A stretch of DNA of 53,375 nt, filler included, from Sphacelaria rigidula (lineage: Eukaryota), in the NCBI GenBank assembly GCA_964200075.2. It is 4 parts of 4 records of this genome, joined end to end, with 100 filler letters (N's around TTAATTAATTAA, not from the genome) between each part and the next. Parts side by side here need not be neighbours in the genome. Positions count along the whole stretch, not along the records: positions 1 to 13,270 come from CAXNAA020003012.1; 3 more parts are not named here. The stretch is one strand, 5' to 3'. Within the stretch, counting starts at the first letter, position 1, and the number at the start of each line of letters is the position of its first letter. The notes beneath the pieces are model-generated. The model worked only from the letters and a program-made list of their open reading frames with translations. It had not been told where the DNA came from and did no database searches. The position numbers and the translations under genes were made by a program. This document shows positions 1 through 13,270 of the stretch, piece after piece.

Positions 1-1091
1 CAGGTCTCTTGTGTGCCGGACCTCACGAAGATCCAACGAACACGGGTGAACATCTTGCCGACACACCAGCCCGAACGGCATCACGCGGGGGCAGCAACGC
101 CAGACATCAACAGCGTTCAGTTGATTGTATTCGATGGAGGGCGAAGGGAAGAGGCGTATTGTTGCTTGCCGTTGTTTACAGCGGAGACATTCCGCACACG
201 CGCTGAGTCTTGAGGCTGGCGTCACAGTCTGCGGGATTAGAGGGTCAGCTTCGGTCGGGGATTGTCGGAAATGCCTTGTACACATACGCCCGATATATAT
301 ACCCACATGCTTTTGAAAAAAAACATCTGTGCAGCGATGAAACGGCTGTTATGAAACCCTGATGCAGCATCGTCCATCTGACCCTATGCGAGGCGCGTCT
401 GTGTTGACAAGAGTCAAACTTGTGCATACGGTACGCTCACTGGACTTCGTCCTGCATGACTGCATGCAGAATGCGCACGGGGTAAACCGGGTTCGGACAT
501 ACAACATATATGAACAACGGAATAGTCGACGTTTGGCTGTGTACACGAGGCGGTGCATGCGACTGCACAGATCTGGCCCACGTCTGTGACCCTTTCATCA
601 TTTATCAATGCTCAGAGCTGGTGAATCTCCTTTTCTGTGGAGGTGGGTCGGGGTGAACAATTTGCTCTTAGATTAATGATCGGCGCCGCCTTGCAGCATA
701 ACACCACTCCTGGGGGGCATTGTCATTACTCCGCGGCGGTGTAGCGTGTTGACCTTCGCTGCTCATGATAATCTGAAGGTTTTCTGTACGTGTCGCTTGG
801 GTTGTGGCGCGTCAGTCTCACAGCTTCGGGTATTTCGAGTTGCGGTCGGAGTGGTGTGTTTTGCGATGAGAGGAAGACAGCTGATTGTATAGTCTACAGC
901 GTTGGATTCAGGCGTCCTTCCTCCAATCCGAAATCCGGTCGGTGTCCATCTCAGTTTCCGAGCCGCAAATTGCAGATCCGGCAGCGGTCTGACGTTGCTG
1001 CCCCCGCGTGATGCCGTTCGGGCTGGTGTGTCGGCAAGATGTTCACCCGTGTTCGTTGGATCTTCGTGAGGTCCGGCACACAAGAGACCTG
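1..1091. repeat. Long inverted repeat pair (1-105 / 987-1091), probable TIRs of a non-autonomous DNA transposon, left arm cut by window edge
   Basis: 1-105 is the reverse complement of 987-1091 with one mismatch; ORFs 9..206(+) and 763..1083(-) start with an identical peptide for this reason. Confidence 0.75.
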
Positions 1092-1843
1092 TATGCGTCG
1101 TTAGACCTTCCAGGTCTTCGGGCCAACCAACAGGGGGGCTACACTCTTCTGGTCGTTGGGTTTCGGCCTTTTTTGGCGGGGTGTAGTTTTACCATGGTTG
1201 TGACTGCTCGGCGTAGTTTGTGCTGAGACGGCGGTACAGTCACCACTTCACAAAAAAAGGGTCACCACTTGACAGAAAAGGGACAACAGTAGAACAAAAA
1301 AGGGTGGATATAAAGGTTTAGCAGAGAACAGGGTGTACCCTCCTGTTTTGTTGACAAAAAAGGGTACTCTCACAGGCTCTCATTTTCGGCGCGGTTGTTC
1401 AGCCCGGTAACACTTGTTGAAGAGAAAAAAATGGTCGGATATGCTGCCCAGGGACGTTGGGCGCGGGGCTGGAGCGCTGGAACGTGTTTTCGAGGTGCTC
1501 AGCCAGCGTGCAGCGCCGCGCCCCACAGCGAAAAATGCGCTACCCCTTTTTTTTGCTCCAAAAGTATAGGGGTGTACCCCCTTTTTGTATATTGCCCATC
1601 TAAAAATCTTGAGAGATGACATCAAATCCCATTCAAAGCGGTGAGCGTTTCGAAAATTATTCATCTGTAATATGCAGCAGCAGGCTCTCCGTGAGGAGAT
1701 GATGCAAATGAGCCAAGGCTGGCAGCACGCAGGGATAAGGTACGCAAAATAAAGATATATACAGGCCTTAATTTTTCGGGGGGGGGAAAGGTTAGGGCGT
1801 TATCGTAAAAAAATAGTCGTCAACATACCAAGACCAGCTCTAT

Positions 1844-2292
1844 TGGTAGCCGTTCAAAATTTCTGTTCTAAACTGCCTTTTTGGCCGTTCGCCGTCGTTT
1901 CACGCCTGAAAAGAGGGCTAGGCGGATGTTGACGCCTTGGAATGACTTACTCTACTCGTTGAGGCCGTTCCAGGGCAACTTTGCTTTTCCCGCTGGCCGC
2001 ATTTCTATTTTTGGCGAAGCACGGGTTTTCAGTCAAAATCGAGCAAGCGTTAAAAAAATAGAGGGAAATTTTGATCACCCGGCCGAGTTTTTACTGCAAA
2101 CCCGTGTTTGGCCTCATTTGGCCAAAAATAAAAGTGCGGCCAGCGGGAAATGCAAAGTTGCCCTAGAATGGTCTCAACGAGTAGAACAAGTCATTCCAAG
2201 GCGTCAACATCCACCTTGCCCTCTCTTGGGGCGTGAATCGACGGAGAAGGACCCAAAAGGTAGTTTTCGACAGGAATTTTGAACGGCTCCCA
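1844..2292. mobile_element. Foldback MITE with ~190-bp imperfect terminal inverted repeats
   Basis: agccgttcaaaat...ggatgttgacgccttggaatgact...gggcaactttgc is mirrored by gcaaagttgccc...agtcattccaaggcgtcaacatcc...attttgaacggct; no coding capacity. Confidence 0.8.
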
Positions 2293-2363
2293 TTACAATT
2301 GACCTAAAACGCCCTGAAGTAGTGGGAGAAAAAAATGACCCGCTTTTATTTGTTCATTGTACT

Positions 2364-3159
2364 CTACGAGCTGGGCCGGCCATCAGTGACTTTTAGACGA
2401 AGAGTGGAGATGCTATTGGCAATTCGAGGAGTTGGGCGCTGAAATTTTGACACGGCATTTTGATCATCAATCCGCGTAATCCTGTAAGGGGTGTCACGGA
2501 AAAAAAAACCCCAGGAAGTTAGAGCGAGTTGAATCCTTGTAAAGTTTCAGCCAAAAATACGTAAAATTGGGCTTCGTGTTGCACTTTTTGTGTGACCCCG
2601 GTGGTGAAACGCATACAGCAGCCTTAAATTACACAGTTCACGAGTTCGAATCCCGACACGACAATTTTTTTTGTGGGCATACTTATCGTGCATAATCTCT
2701 CGTACCACTGGGTTTAAAGGGTCTCGATATTTTGATGACGGTCTTGCTTTTTGCGGGGGGTATAGCGCAGTTTCATGTAGTACTTTTCCCTCGTGCAGTG
2801 ATGTACTACAGTTGGCTCGGCGGTTCTCTCCCATTATGGAGCTTATGACGAGCTTGATGGCATCTTGCAGCACTACCAGTGTGCTCATGCCAGGGCATGC
2901 CGGATGTGCGTGTGCCTATGCGGCACAATCCCCTACCGTAATTCCACAGCATTTTGTGAAACGAAACGTCTCCAGACACGTTGTCACGCAATCGCAAGAG
3001 ACTTACCCGGTACTCAATGCAGTACAATGACATCATCGTCAAAACTGCGCCAATCAAGCAGCGGCGGTGCCGTGTGTTACCAGGTTAGTCTGCCGTTCAC
3101 AGCGATATGCTCAAGTTGCGGAAAGAGAATGTGAGATTTACTGCCGGCCCAGCTCGTAG
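2364..3159. mobile_element. Segment bounded by a 17-bp perfect inverted repeat (possible non-autonomous TIR element)
   Basis: ctacgagctgggccggc (2364-2380) / gccggcccagctcgtag (3143-3159); an internal segment near 2420 recurs near 9958, and 3155-3260 resembles 14592-14700; no TSD seen. Confidence 0.4.
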
Positions 3160-4867
3160 CGAGGTCCCACCCAAATTTTCAATACACAAACACCAAACGT
3201 GGGCCGGTAAGTGGCCTGCTAAACACTGTTCCGAATTTTCACCGACCCGGATTTTACACGGCCCATTCGCAATTTAATAGTTATGGAGTTGGACCCTAAA
3301 TTTTGTTGCGGACAATCAATAGGACATAACAAAAAAGTTATGCGTGGACTCATTTTTTTCCCCCATGCGTTGAAGGCAATAATCAGTTTTCAGGTTACAG
3401 TAAAATGCCGTTAACCCTTTTGGGACCGGACTCCTACCAACACAGGATTGACCCTGTGTTAAGTGAAATAATTCAAAATGAGTCTTCGAGCGACCCGCCC
3501 AATCACAGCGAGGCGAAAATTATCGACCAGACCCGAACGACCAGGGCAGGGATTGTTGTCGAGTGTGATGCCACCTCAAAGATCGTGTGGGGTCCCCATC
3601 CCTGGCCCAGATGAGCCTCTCCAGGTTTTCAAGTGCAGGATGGTTGCGGCTTGGTTTTATGGTATGACTTGCACTCAGTATACCGTTCCCGAGTTTTTCC
3701 GGAGTGTTTTTTGGGTCCCATTTCTATACTAGAACATAGTAATGTACACTCACACAGGGTGGGCCGGAAAAAACCGGGAAGGAGTGTACATGCCACCATG
3801 TGGTCATTTTCACGAGGCACAAAATCCGGGTGGGCTGTGGAAAGACAAAAGGAACTACCGCCATGAATTCTGCGTATCCCTCTGCGGATGACTTGCAGGG
3901 TGCAGTCCATGTATGTTGTGGACGGGGATAGCAAAGCTGTATATAGGCAGCTGATTTCGGTAGCTGAGAATTGCCCAGAATGTGCAAGGGAGTATGCAGC
4001 GGCAGCTGCTGCTTCAGTCGTAGAGGCATACTAGACTGTACTGTACTATACTGTTGTATGCATGCGCGCCGCAACGCTAATGCCGTTGGAAGAGAATTTG
4101 CCACATGCAACAAGATGCGAAATAGCGGCCCACCCCGACCACAAAGTGCTGTGTGGCAAGGTGATGGGGAATAAAGTATCATCCAAAGCCACAAGTGGCG
4201 GGCGGCCCGCCGGTGGTCGCATCCTGTTGGAAGCTCTTTACCACGACCCATACTGCTTGCTACATTAGATGTACACCACCTAATGGGTACCCTGCACCCG
4301 AGAATAGATTGGAACTTTCGGTCTTTGTCATAACCCTGCGGTTACATACGCGGGNNNNNNNNNNAGACGCCAGACCCGTCATTCCTGACCAGCCTCATTG
4401 GTCGTTCTGGAGGCCCGGTCTCAAAAGGGTTGAATCATGAAAGAAAAAAATTGGTCCATGCATAATTTTTTTCATTATACCCTATTGATTGTCCAAACCA
4501 AATTTATGAGTCCAACCCCAAGTATTAAAATTGCGAATGGGCCTGCAAACTTCGAATGCGCTTCTAGACTGGCCCAGGTCTTACCACGAGTACTGTCTGT
4601 TCTTGTATTGCTGTCAGGTGCAGGCCCCAATTCTACTGTCATTTTGTTCGTGATGATGGATGCATCTTTGTTATAAACTCACTATAACGAAATTGGTATA
4701 AACATAGCCGGTAACCGCAAACTTCAAATGAACTGGATAAACTGAAGTCTTCATCACCAGTTCCAGTTTAATCGCCAGTACAAACTGGCCCAGTTCACAG
4801 CTCCAGAAATGGGAGATTTGAGTAAGATGTCAAGTTTTTCGTTGTCAGCAATTTTCAGTGGCTTTTT

Positions 4868-5009
4868 CACACCCTGGACAAAATATCAGTGTCGAACAGT
4901 GTACTGCGTACAGTATCGACAATTGCGTCTATGAATAGCGCGATTGGCAATACATTTCATACTGTACGCACTACATTTTTTGACATTGTAATCCATTCTT
5001 CAGGGTGTG
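4868..5009. mobile_element. CACACCCTG-TIR MITE (hAT-like), copy 1
   Basis: Ends cacaccctgg...cagggtgtg with internal palindrome tactgcgtacagtat / atactgtacgcacta; homologous to 42892-43040 and 51160-51304. Confidence 0.75.
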
Positions 5010-5030
5010 GATTTTCTCGAGTGCCACCGA

Positions 5031-5262
5031 ACCGGTCGCCCCGATGGCTCAGTTGGTAACCTCAAAAACCTTCTGACTTTTGGGTCGTGAGTTCAAATCT
5101 CGGAGCAATATGAGATTTTTTCTCACACAGTGCCCAACGGTGGAGAGCGACTATGTCGCGGGTACACAGCATTCGACGTAATGGTCGACAAGAGAAGGGA
5201 AAAACTGGACTCCTCTCGCGATGAAAAAGAAAGGCCAGCACTGCAGAAGGAAGGTGGAGTAC
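5031..5262 (+). mobile_element. tRNA-derived SINE, 5' part
   Basis: Pol III A box tggctcagttgg and B box gagttcaaatc, followed by a body (tgcccaacggtggagagcgact...gaaggtggagtac) colinear with the copy at 39931-40388. Confidence 0.75.
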
Positions 5263-6574
5263 ATCACTATTACCATTATTCTTATGTTTGTCACATTGGC
5301 CCGATCTCTCGACCCGTGGTCGGAGTGCAAGGAGCATATCACCCATACCCGTAAGTCAAACAGCCCGCAGAGGGAGGCTAGAAACAAAACATCAACACGA
5401 AAAGGGGCACCTACACTACGATAGACTCGTATTAGACTGACTGCACTACAGGAGATCTACTGGAATCTAAAAAATCCCCGCGTGCGATCTCTCCGACTGC
5501 CTTGCCACGTACTGGTGTGTACACGGAGTAGTAACGGAGAGTAAGTCGATAATCGCAACTGTCGCGTGGAACAGAGACCAATCCCGAAATAGATCTACTG
5601 TGTAGAGTGCTGTTCAAAGATATCTTCTACAAAGCCTGCGCATCGGAGATTGAACAACGTCATATATGAAGATTCAAAAGAGACGAACAAAAAAAAAGAG
5701 CCAATGACAATGAGGAGAGAAAGCCAGGAACTGTGATCTCCCTCGGGTTCTGGTCAAGTAGCATCGTCATCGAAACACAACAGACAGGGCGTGTCTAGCC
5801 TACACACGGGATGGCGCTATCAGCTAAAAACAGAATCTGCTCAGAGTGTCCAATATACAACCATGAAAACATGGGATATCATCTGTACGTGAAATCGTAT
5901 CCACAACAAACAACTATATCAACAACTCAACAGAAAAAAGTATTCCGCCCTCATCGAAATTGGCCGCCTGTTTAGCTCTTCTCCGCTGCAAGGCACTCTT
6001 CGGTTTTGACCTCCTGACGCGCCCATCTGTCCTAACCAGCGTCCATGGCCAACCCAACCGCCCATCCTCACCGGTGTCCATGATCCCAAACAGTGCCTCT
6101 TCTGCTTCCTTTCGTAATGAAACATTGCCTCCTTCGTTATGCACTCTGGTTCTAGTCTGCAGTAAGTGTCTCGTCCAGGAGGCTCAACCAGACCTGATCC
6201 GTCCATCGACGAACGCTCCTCCTCCATTCTTGTCGCCGAAACCAGTCTTCACACCGGTGCACTCTCCTTTGTATCAAAGGTGTGCGTGCCAGCTTTCGAC
6301 AGCGGTGTCATCTTTCTCCGCGCACACACCGAATTCCAACATGCCCGCACTCAGGGTGTTGACATATCATGCTCCATTACAACAGGGGTGGGTGTGCCTG
6401 ATGAGCACCGTGTTGACCCAACTCTACCATCACACCATGGCCTTGGCCAAGGGTGGCAGTGAGATGAAATCACTCCTTGAAGGTGATTCCAGCCCTACAC
6501 CCGCCGAAAATACCCTCTTCACGCCGTACCGACAAGACCGGTCATGGCCTTCGTTGGAGGACGGAAACGGGGCC

Positions 6575-6697
6575 GAAAACAAACAAAAAATAAGAAACTG
6601 TTGTGTTCGCCTCCCTCCTATGTGATCCCGGCTGGTGCGCCCTCATATACCGGAAGGTGTAGACCGGCGTCCAGAATAGATGACATGACAACACACC
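6575..6697 (+). mobile_element. SINE 3' end with CA-rich tail
   Basis: cctcctatgtgatcccggctggtgcgcc...cagaatagatgacatgacaacacac matches 40295-40388. Confidence 0.65.
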
Positions 6698-7826
6698 ACA
6701 CCCTGGAGAATAGACGGCATCTATTGCAATAGCAACAGAATTTACCGCAGTAGATGCCAATATTGTCGTCCGTAATGGCTATTGATCGACAAGTTTATTT
6801 CTATTGTCGTTGGCAATGTCCATCGGTAGACCCCTTTCCCACACTACTGCCCGGGCAGCTTTCTATTGTGGCCTTACACCTGAAGCTATTGCCGCCGACC
6901 GAATATATCGATCGATAGCTTTCCGAATATACTGATGACGGCAATGGCCATCGATAGACAACGTGCCGAATATACTGATGACGGTGATTGCTATTGATAG
7001 ATTGTGTACCAAATCTATTGATGACGGTGATGACTACTGATAAAGTGCGTGCAAGATCTATTGAGGGCGGCAATGAATATCGATAGATACATACCATAAT
7101 ATATTCTGGTGTATAATTGCCTAGCGAAACATATTCTCTGTCGTCTACTGCCACACCTACATTGCAACATACCACCCATAGCGCATATTATACTCTCCTG
7201 AAGCACGGTAGAGAAGCCGCAGGTGAAGATGCAGTGGGTATATGATGACACTACTTGTGAAAATGTGACGTCACGATTCTGCAAATTTGGAATGGTTGTA
7301 TGTAGGAATCCGCAGTATGTATGGACAAAATTTTACGAGTTTGGTTGTTGGTATGATGTTGGTCCTCAGGGTTTGTCCCTCTGACGGACAGGCGCTTGTA
7401 GAACTTTTTTGCATGGGTGAAATGTGCTTATGCCCTGGGCAATAAAAAACTATGTAATAGAACATTGCGGCTGCAATAGCCTCGAAGGACTTAACTGTCA
7501 ATGTTTAGTGTCAGTCACAATCGACTGACGTCACTGTCTATCGATAGCTATTGTAGGCGACAATAGATTCGGGACACGGGACAGAATATATAATTGCCGT
7601 GACAATCGTTTTCTAGCAATACATGTTATTTTTGCAATAGGCTCTGAATTGCGGCCACCAATGTCTACTGCAAATCGCAGTACGATCTGCAACGCGGCCA
7701 CGAATACATGTTGGTCACAATAGGATGTATATGGCACCCACCAATGTCTACTGCTGGTGACGATATAATCTGAATCGCGGCCACTAGTGTCTATCGCTGG
7801 TCACAATGCAAGCTGAACCGCGGCCT
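6697..7826. mobile_element. Larger, probably truncated relative of the CACACCCTG MITE family with degenerate internal subrepeats
   Basis: Starts cacaccctggagaataga; many ctattg/atcgatag motifs; ~40-bp degenerate repeats (gcggccaccaatgtctactg) at 7645-7826; right TIR not found. Confidence 0.45.
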
Positions 7827-7898
7827 AGGCCTCAAGGTATTGATGAGAGAGTCCTTTACAAATAACTTCCTCGCATGCTGTCTCCCAAAACAAACCAG

Positions 7899-10800
7899 GA
7901 GCCCTTGCAGGCCTGTCCGGCACCGGTCAGAAGCCGCAGGCGAATGGAGCCGACTCCTCCCCTGCTGTCGACACCGCCGCTACGAGCGCAAGCGTGGTAA
8001 ACTTTCGAGAGGCATCGCGAGAGACCCTAGAGTTTTCGGGAATGCAGGGAGTGGTGTTTAACGGGATTCCCGCGATGGAGGCTGTGCACTTTGAAGAGGC
8101 GACTGATGGCGAAGCTGGCGAAGCGAGAGATAAGGTGGGTGGGTGGGTAGATGAGGGGGACAAGTAGACGAGACGCGATGCCATCATGTCAAATATGATG
8201 GGATGGGAGCGTTGTGTGTGTGTGTGTGGGGGTGTACTCATTTGTTGCTTGTCTTAGTCGTGTGACCATTGACCATGCATCCCTTTCGAGACGGAGCACC
8301 GTTCCTACTCCTAATAGAGACGCCTCCAACATTCTGGCGCTAATGGGGGGGGGAGGGGGCGTACTCATTTCCAGCGCCGGGGATGATCGTCGTAGGTTAA
8401 CAGGACTCGGCATTGTAGTGAAAAGGAACACACTCGGGCATGGAGGTTGTGTGGCAGGATGGGGTGGCACAGTTGTTTGTTGTTTCCGTGGCATGATTTC
8501 TGGTCTGTTCTGCTTGCTTCGGGATCGTACGCTGAAAGAATCAAGGGATCTCGGGATGTGATGATGCGATAGTAGCCACGGGCTCTAGCAGCTGACATGC
8601 TGGAATGAGCGCTCAATGGATTACTGAACGGCTACTGTATACACGAAGTTGACGCTGATTTTGGAGCACTCAGGTGCAGTGTAAATGTTCGGAAGAGCAG
8701 GCGAGTCTCAAACGTGCCCTTTATTGTACCTGGATGTGGGCAGAAAAAGGTTGCTGTGTTTTGCTCCATTTCTGCGGTTTCCTGCCCCCGCTTTTCAACG
8801 AATTACGCATGTAGTCGGTCACCCTGCTGAAGATCAACACAGAAGTGCCGCAAGATCTGTCCGCGTCGTTGGCAATTGCGATTGTTGACCTGCTGGCCGA
8901 ACGGGCCGAGGCGCTGGAGAGGGTAGTCGTGGCGGCGGCTGTGCAACCTCCGAAACGAAATAATGTGAGAACGCGGGGTGCTAATTCTGATATTTTTCAC
9001 CATGTGTCTTTGGCTCTTTCAAATTTTTCTCGACGCCGTCAACCCGTTAAGGCTTCTACATTTCTCTGTTCTCCTATATACTTTTCTCGGATTTTGTTTG
9101 TAGGTTCTTGGACATCGACTGTGTTCGTTTTTATGCTGCCATTGCCTACGGGGCTGACGTAGTGGGAGAAAAGGACACAACGATTGCAAATGGGTCATGG
9201 GGTGATGTATGGACTTGCGAAAGATATGTCTTCGGGACTTCACGAAAGTTCAGCCCCGGCTTCCAGGCGTGCAAGGAGGGTTCAATAATATACCCCAACA
9301 TACTGAAGAAAGATAATGTTTACGAGCTGGATCAGACTGAAAGCTCATATTCCCGTAGCACACGATAGACGTTTCACGTTCAACCCATTGGCCGTATTTG
9401 AACACATCACTTTGGACTGCAGCCCAGCCTGCTGCTGAAACGTTTTACTGCTGGTCGATTGGCCACGTCATGACGATGATGTTGTCGACTGCAGCATTCG
9501 TCCAAAGTCGTCTCTTCCTGACACCTTGTTTGTCCCATTTCAGAGTTGTACTTTCGTGTCAAACCCATTCTCCATGTGCCCGTGATCGCAAATCCGCGGT
9601 CATACAAAACACGAACTCTGTCCAATTATAAAGATCTTTTTAGCCAATATTTCACGCGGATATTCTAGACGGCAGTTTCTAAATATTGACTGAACGTTTC
9701 GAAGTGTTTTCTTCTTTCTTTGGTGAGGCATGAGAATTTGAAGTTCTGTCAGATTTGTTGACAAAATCTCGATATTTTTTTTCTTTCCCTGTTTTTTCTT
9801 GAAGCGTTCCCAACTCTTACAAGTCAGCCGTGCGAAGCTGATCAAGCAAACAACGGCGCCATTTTCTGGCCCATCAGTACATCCTATGGACTCATGAAGT
9901 CGAGAGTACCCGTGATCGCACTTCTGCGTTGAGGTATGAAAAATGGAATGCATGGCCCAATTCGAGGAGTTTTTGGGCTGAAACATTACACATACCCTTT
10001 ACAAATCAAAACGCAAAACGTATTCAAGTAGACCAATATGTAAGTATTTGTTGAGTTGTGATGCTCATTTTCTCTCAGACACTTGAACTGGCTCTAGTTC
10101 GCGTTTTTTGTTTTTTTTTCGGCTAATCCAATACGTTTTTCCACATTGATGTAAATCTGTTGTCATTTTTTCAGCTTGGAACTCCTACAAGCGGTCCGTT
10201 TGCAAACTGATCTTGCACCAAAAGTTGCTCTAGGCTGGCCCACCTCGTAGCAGTATTCGATGAAAGTTCCCTCACTCTGAATATTGGTTGATTGGTTGAT
10301 TGAGTGTCGTACATGGAGGGATCTGATCCTCCAGGAGTCATGATCCAGCAGTGGTCATTATCCACTTGACGGTCGTACCCGGCACAAAACAAAACTCAAA
10401 AGCTCGCTGAAAAAATGCGAACAGAAAGGTGGAATAAACACAGAAGACTACGAAAAGGAAATAAGAGGCAAAAACGGAGAAAAGATGGATCAAAACAAAG
10501 CAAAGATAAAACAAAACCCTCCTAGAAATGGACAGCCTCAGCCACATGACTTCGGTGGAAAATGTCTTGCGCAAGAACCACGCTCATACCCGAGATAGAT
10601 GAGTTTATGTCATGTTTGTTCTGTTCTCTTTTTCCCCGTAACATTGCAGACGCGGCGTTCGTCCCCATCGCCGACACCCTCGTCCACGAAGGCCGCCACC
10701 CGGGCGGATGTCATCCCACCAGATCGCGTCTGCGCATTCACCAGTGCGGGATTCAACAGTGCAGTAGACGAGATACTGTCGCCGCCGACCGGTGTGGCAG

Positions 10801-11373
10801 TGCTGCCTGCCAGTGCCCGCATTGCCGATTCATTCCTGACCACATTAATACGGTTATGTCGGCTGGAGGAGGTGCCACTGTTGGTGCTCGCAAGAGTTGG
10901 GTACCGCGCCACAGGAAATCGGGCGGATGTGGATGGCACAGATGAGGTGAGAAAGCAGGGTAAAGAGCGTTCCGTCGAGATGCGCGCGCGTGGGGTGATG
11001 CTGTGGTCCGTCAAACTTCGTGTGAACCTGTATGCATGGGCTGACACTGTTGATGCCGCAAGTCTAGTGATTACAACCACACACGAGATTTCCATTTTTT
11101 TCTTCCTTCCTTCACTCCGGCGGATGAGTTTGGTCCATCTACTCCTGGGCGTTTTCGGAGTCTTGCACCCACATCCATACAATTGAACCCCTCCCCACAC
11201 ACCGTCGTTTGCATGCTTGTGTACGCATTGATTAGGCCATCGCAGACCTCGGTCTTTGCCTTGCTCGAACCGTTGGATTGGAGTTCGACGCCAAGAAGGC
11301 ATGTGGATTGAGCTGGTCTAAGGGATGGAAGGGCACCAGGCCATCCCAGGGCATTGTGCCCGGCTACATATAG
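7899..11373 (+). CDS. PAC2-family (proteasome assembly chaperone PAC1/PAC2/PbaA-B-like) protein, 5'-partial, spliced
   Basis: Exons 7899-8134, 8815-8964, 10650-10946 and 11236-11373 have AG/GT boundaries and matching phase. They give ...VVFNGIPAMEAVHF...SVTLLKINTEVPQDLSASLAIAIVDLLAERAEALERVVVAAAV...IADSFLTTLIRLCRLEEVPLLVLARVG...AIADLGLCLARTVGLEFD...VPGYI*. The pattern resembles the PAC2 fold; family assignment is by eye. First exon not identified. Confidence 0.6.
8228..8340 (-). mobile_element. 5'-truncated LINE 3' end (same family as 38258-39480), intronic
   Basis: gtactcatttgttgcttg...accattgaccatgcat...tttcgagacggag...ctccaacatt is nearly identical to 38282-38390; flanked by C-run and (CA)n tail. 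Confidence 0.75.
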
Positions 11374-13270
11374 AGGACACAGACGGTGGGGACGGCGGGA
11401 GGGTGGCTGCCCTGAAGTTAGCTTTCGCGATATGCAGCAGACCGCTTGACTCGTGTCAGCAACAAGAAGGCGTTTACCAGGAAGGAATCGCTTTCATTTT
11501 CTTGTTTGCACGGATATTCGGGAGAAGAGGCTCAAGGTCGTTTCTCGCTTGAGGCCTGATCGTTACGTGATACAATGATGCGGAAAGGAAGCTGGGTGGA
11601 GTGGAATGATGGCGAAGAAATAAGTTTTCCTTGTCCAGTTTCAAGTTACGTTGAAAGGTATCTCAGTCGGAGGCTTGCGTTTGCGTGCCCGTTGCGTGTG
11701 AGACAATATATGTTATTGTAATGGTATACTCGGGGAACAGCATCACTGTGCTGTCTGTACAGTACCCACTCAGTGCTTTCCTCTCGCGCAGCCCCTTTAT
11801 TTTTCGGAAGCATCTAGCTTTCTTACTGTACGAGTAATGTATTTTGGTGGTGGTGCTGCTGTGAGTGTGTTTGTCGGAGGGTGTAGAATACGAATACGGG
11901 TGCTTCTAAGCCCTGAAATCGCATATGGTTGGGCTGTCGTAGCGCTGGATTCCTTCTTCCTTGTATAAATGAACTCTTGGAACTTGACTCCTGCAGCACA
12001 CACGGTCAAGGTGTTTCCACAACAACTGCAAAGATAACATTGTACAGCGTAGTACAGTTGGCTGCGACGAACCAGGAATCCGACCATAACCTGGAGAAAT
12101 ACTGCGTTGCATCGCATTACGATGAGTAGATGAATGTATCTGTAAGTTATAGTGCAAAATAAGACGTGCTGCAAGAAGTAGAAGTCGGCGACGAGGTGCC
12201 ATACCGAGGGACAATCATGTGATTATCGCATTTATTTTTGCAGAAAAACGATGTCACGTGCGCGGTGGATGGGGGGGTAAGCATTATTCCCTTTCGCCCC
12301 GTCAGCAGGGCATGCTTTCCCGCCATGCCCTTGGCCATCTCCTACACGGTTGCTTTCTTCTGTGCTCCTTACTTGTTCCTCTCCCTGGTATGAGGCTTCG
12401 TCGTTTGCCCCCTCCCCGGCGTGGACGTTCTTGCCTTCTTTATCCGTCATCCTTCCACACTCCCTCAGGCAGCTCGTGGCACCCCTGTCGAAGGCGCACA
12501 TCGTTCGCGATGCCGATAGTCCCCTTTGGATGTAGGCGCTACATGATGGCTATCTGGGCTCGGACGGAAATCGACACGACAGCTGTTTGCTCCACTTCGT
12601 GTTTAGCGCCGTGATACCATCATCGATACTCTCCAGTGTGTTGTTGGTCCCGAGGTTGGTGCAAAGTACATCACACACATGCGTGTGATGTTCTCAGTTA
12701 CCACGGCAAGCCCACCTGTTGTCTCAACTCCAGGCGCCCCCAAATGCCGCAGCCTCGGGAGGAAACCAAGTCCTCAGACCGGCTTCGTGTCGATGATCCC
12801 TACTGCTGCCCCCCAAAACTGGCGCACGACGCAGGAATATGTGTGCAGGCACAATTTTCGGGGACGTGCGGCGCAAGGATTAAGGATTGAAAAAGTGTGC
12901 ATCCTTGAAAAAGTGTGCATCCTTTCAAGAAAACTCGTCAAATGATTTGTCGCAAAAGTACCTTTTCGCCACAAATCTAGCATGCATAAAAATAATCCTG
13001 GATCCTCAGCCCTTTTTTCCATTTTCAGCGCTACATGGGGAGGGGGGGGGGGGGTTGGCTAGGGTGAGGGTGTACTATATCTGTATAAAGCTAGTTCCAC
13101 ACTAATTACTATACGAAACGAGTTACTTCATCTCAGAGTGGGGGAACAGTTTCGATTTTGTGGATGCAGATAAAATATATCACACTGTAAGGCATTGACA
13201 GATGTTGGTAGTTTCGTGTTGTCATCGTGACGACCTCTGAGCAGCCGGGAGGACGCGTGGTGAAGGAAGG

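Noticed and set aside
5960-6625. 221-aa ORF as a host gene or first exon of the PAC2-like gene
   Set aside because: No family motif; it lies within an apparent insertion in a SINE and ends in SINE sequence, so it cannot be supported.
9103-9368. Candidate extra exon of the PAC2-like gene
   Set aside because: It has a good acceptor, but the required phase hits a stop after 17 codons; the flanking exons join in frame without it.
10610-11302. 230-aa minus-strand ORF
   Set aside because: Antisense shadow of the GC-rich PAC2-like exons.
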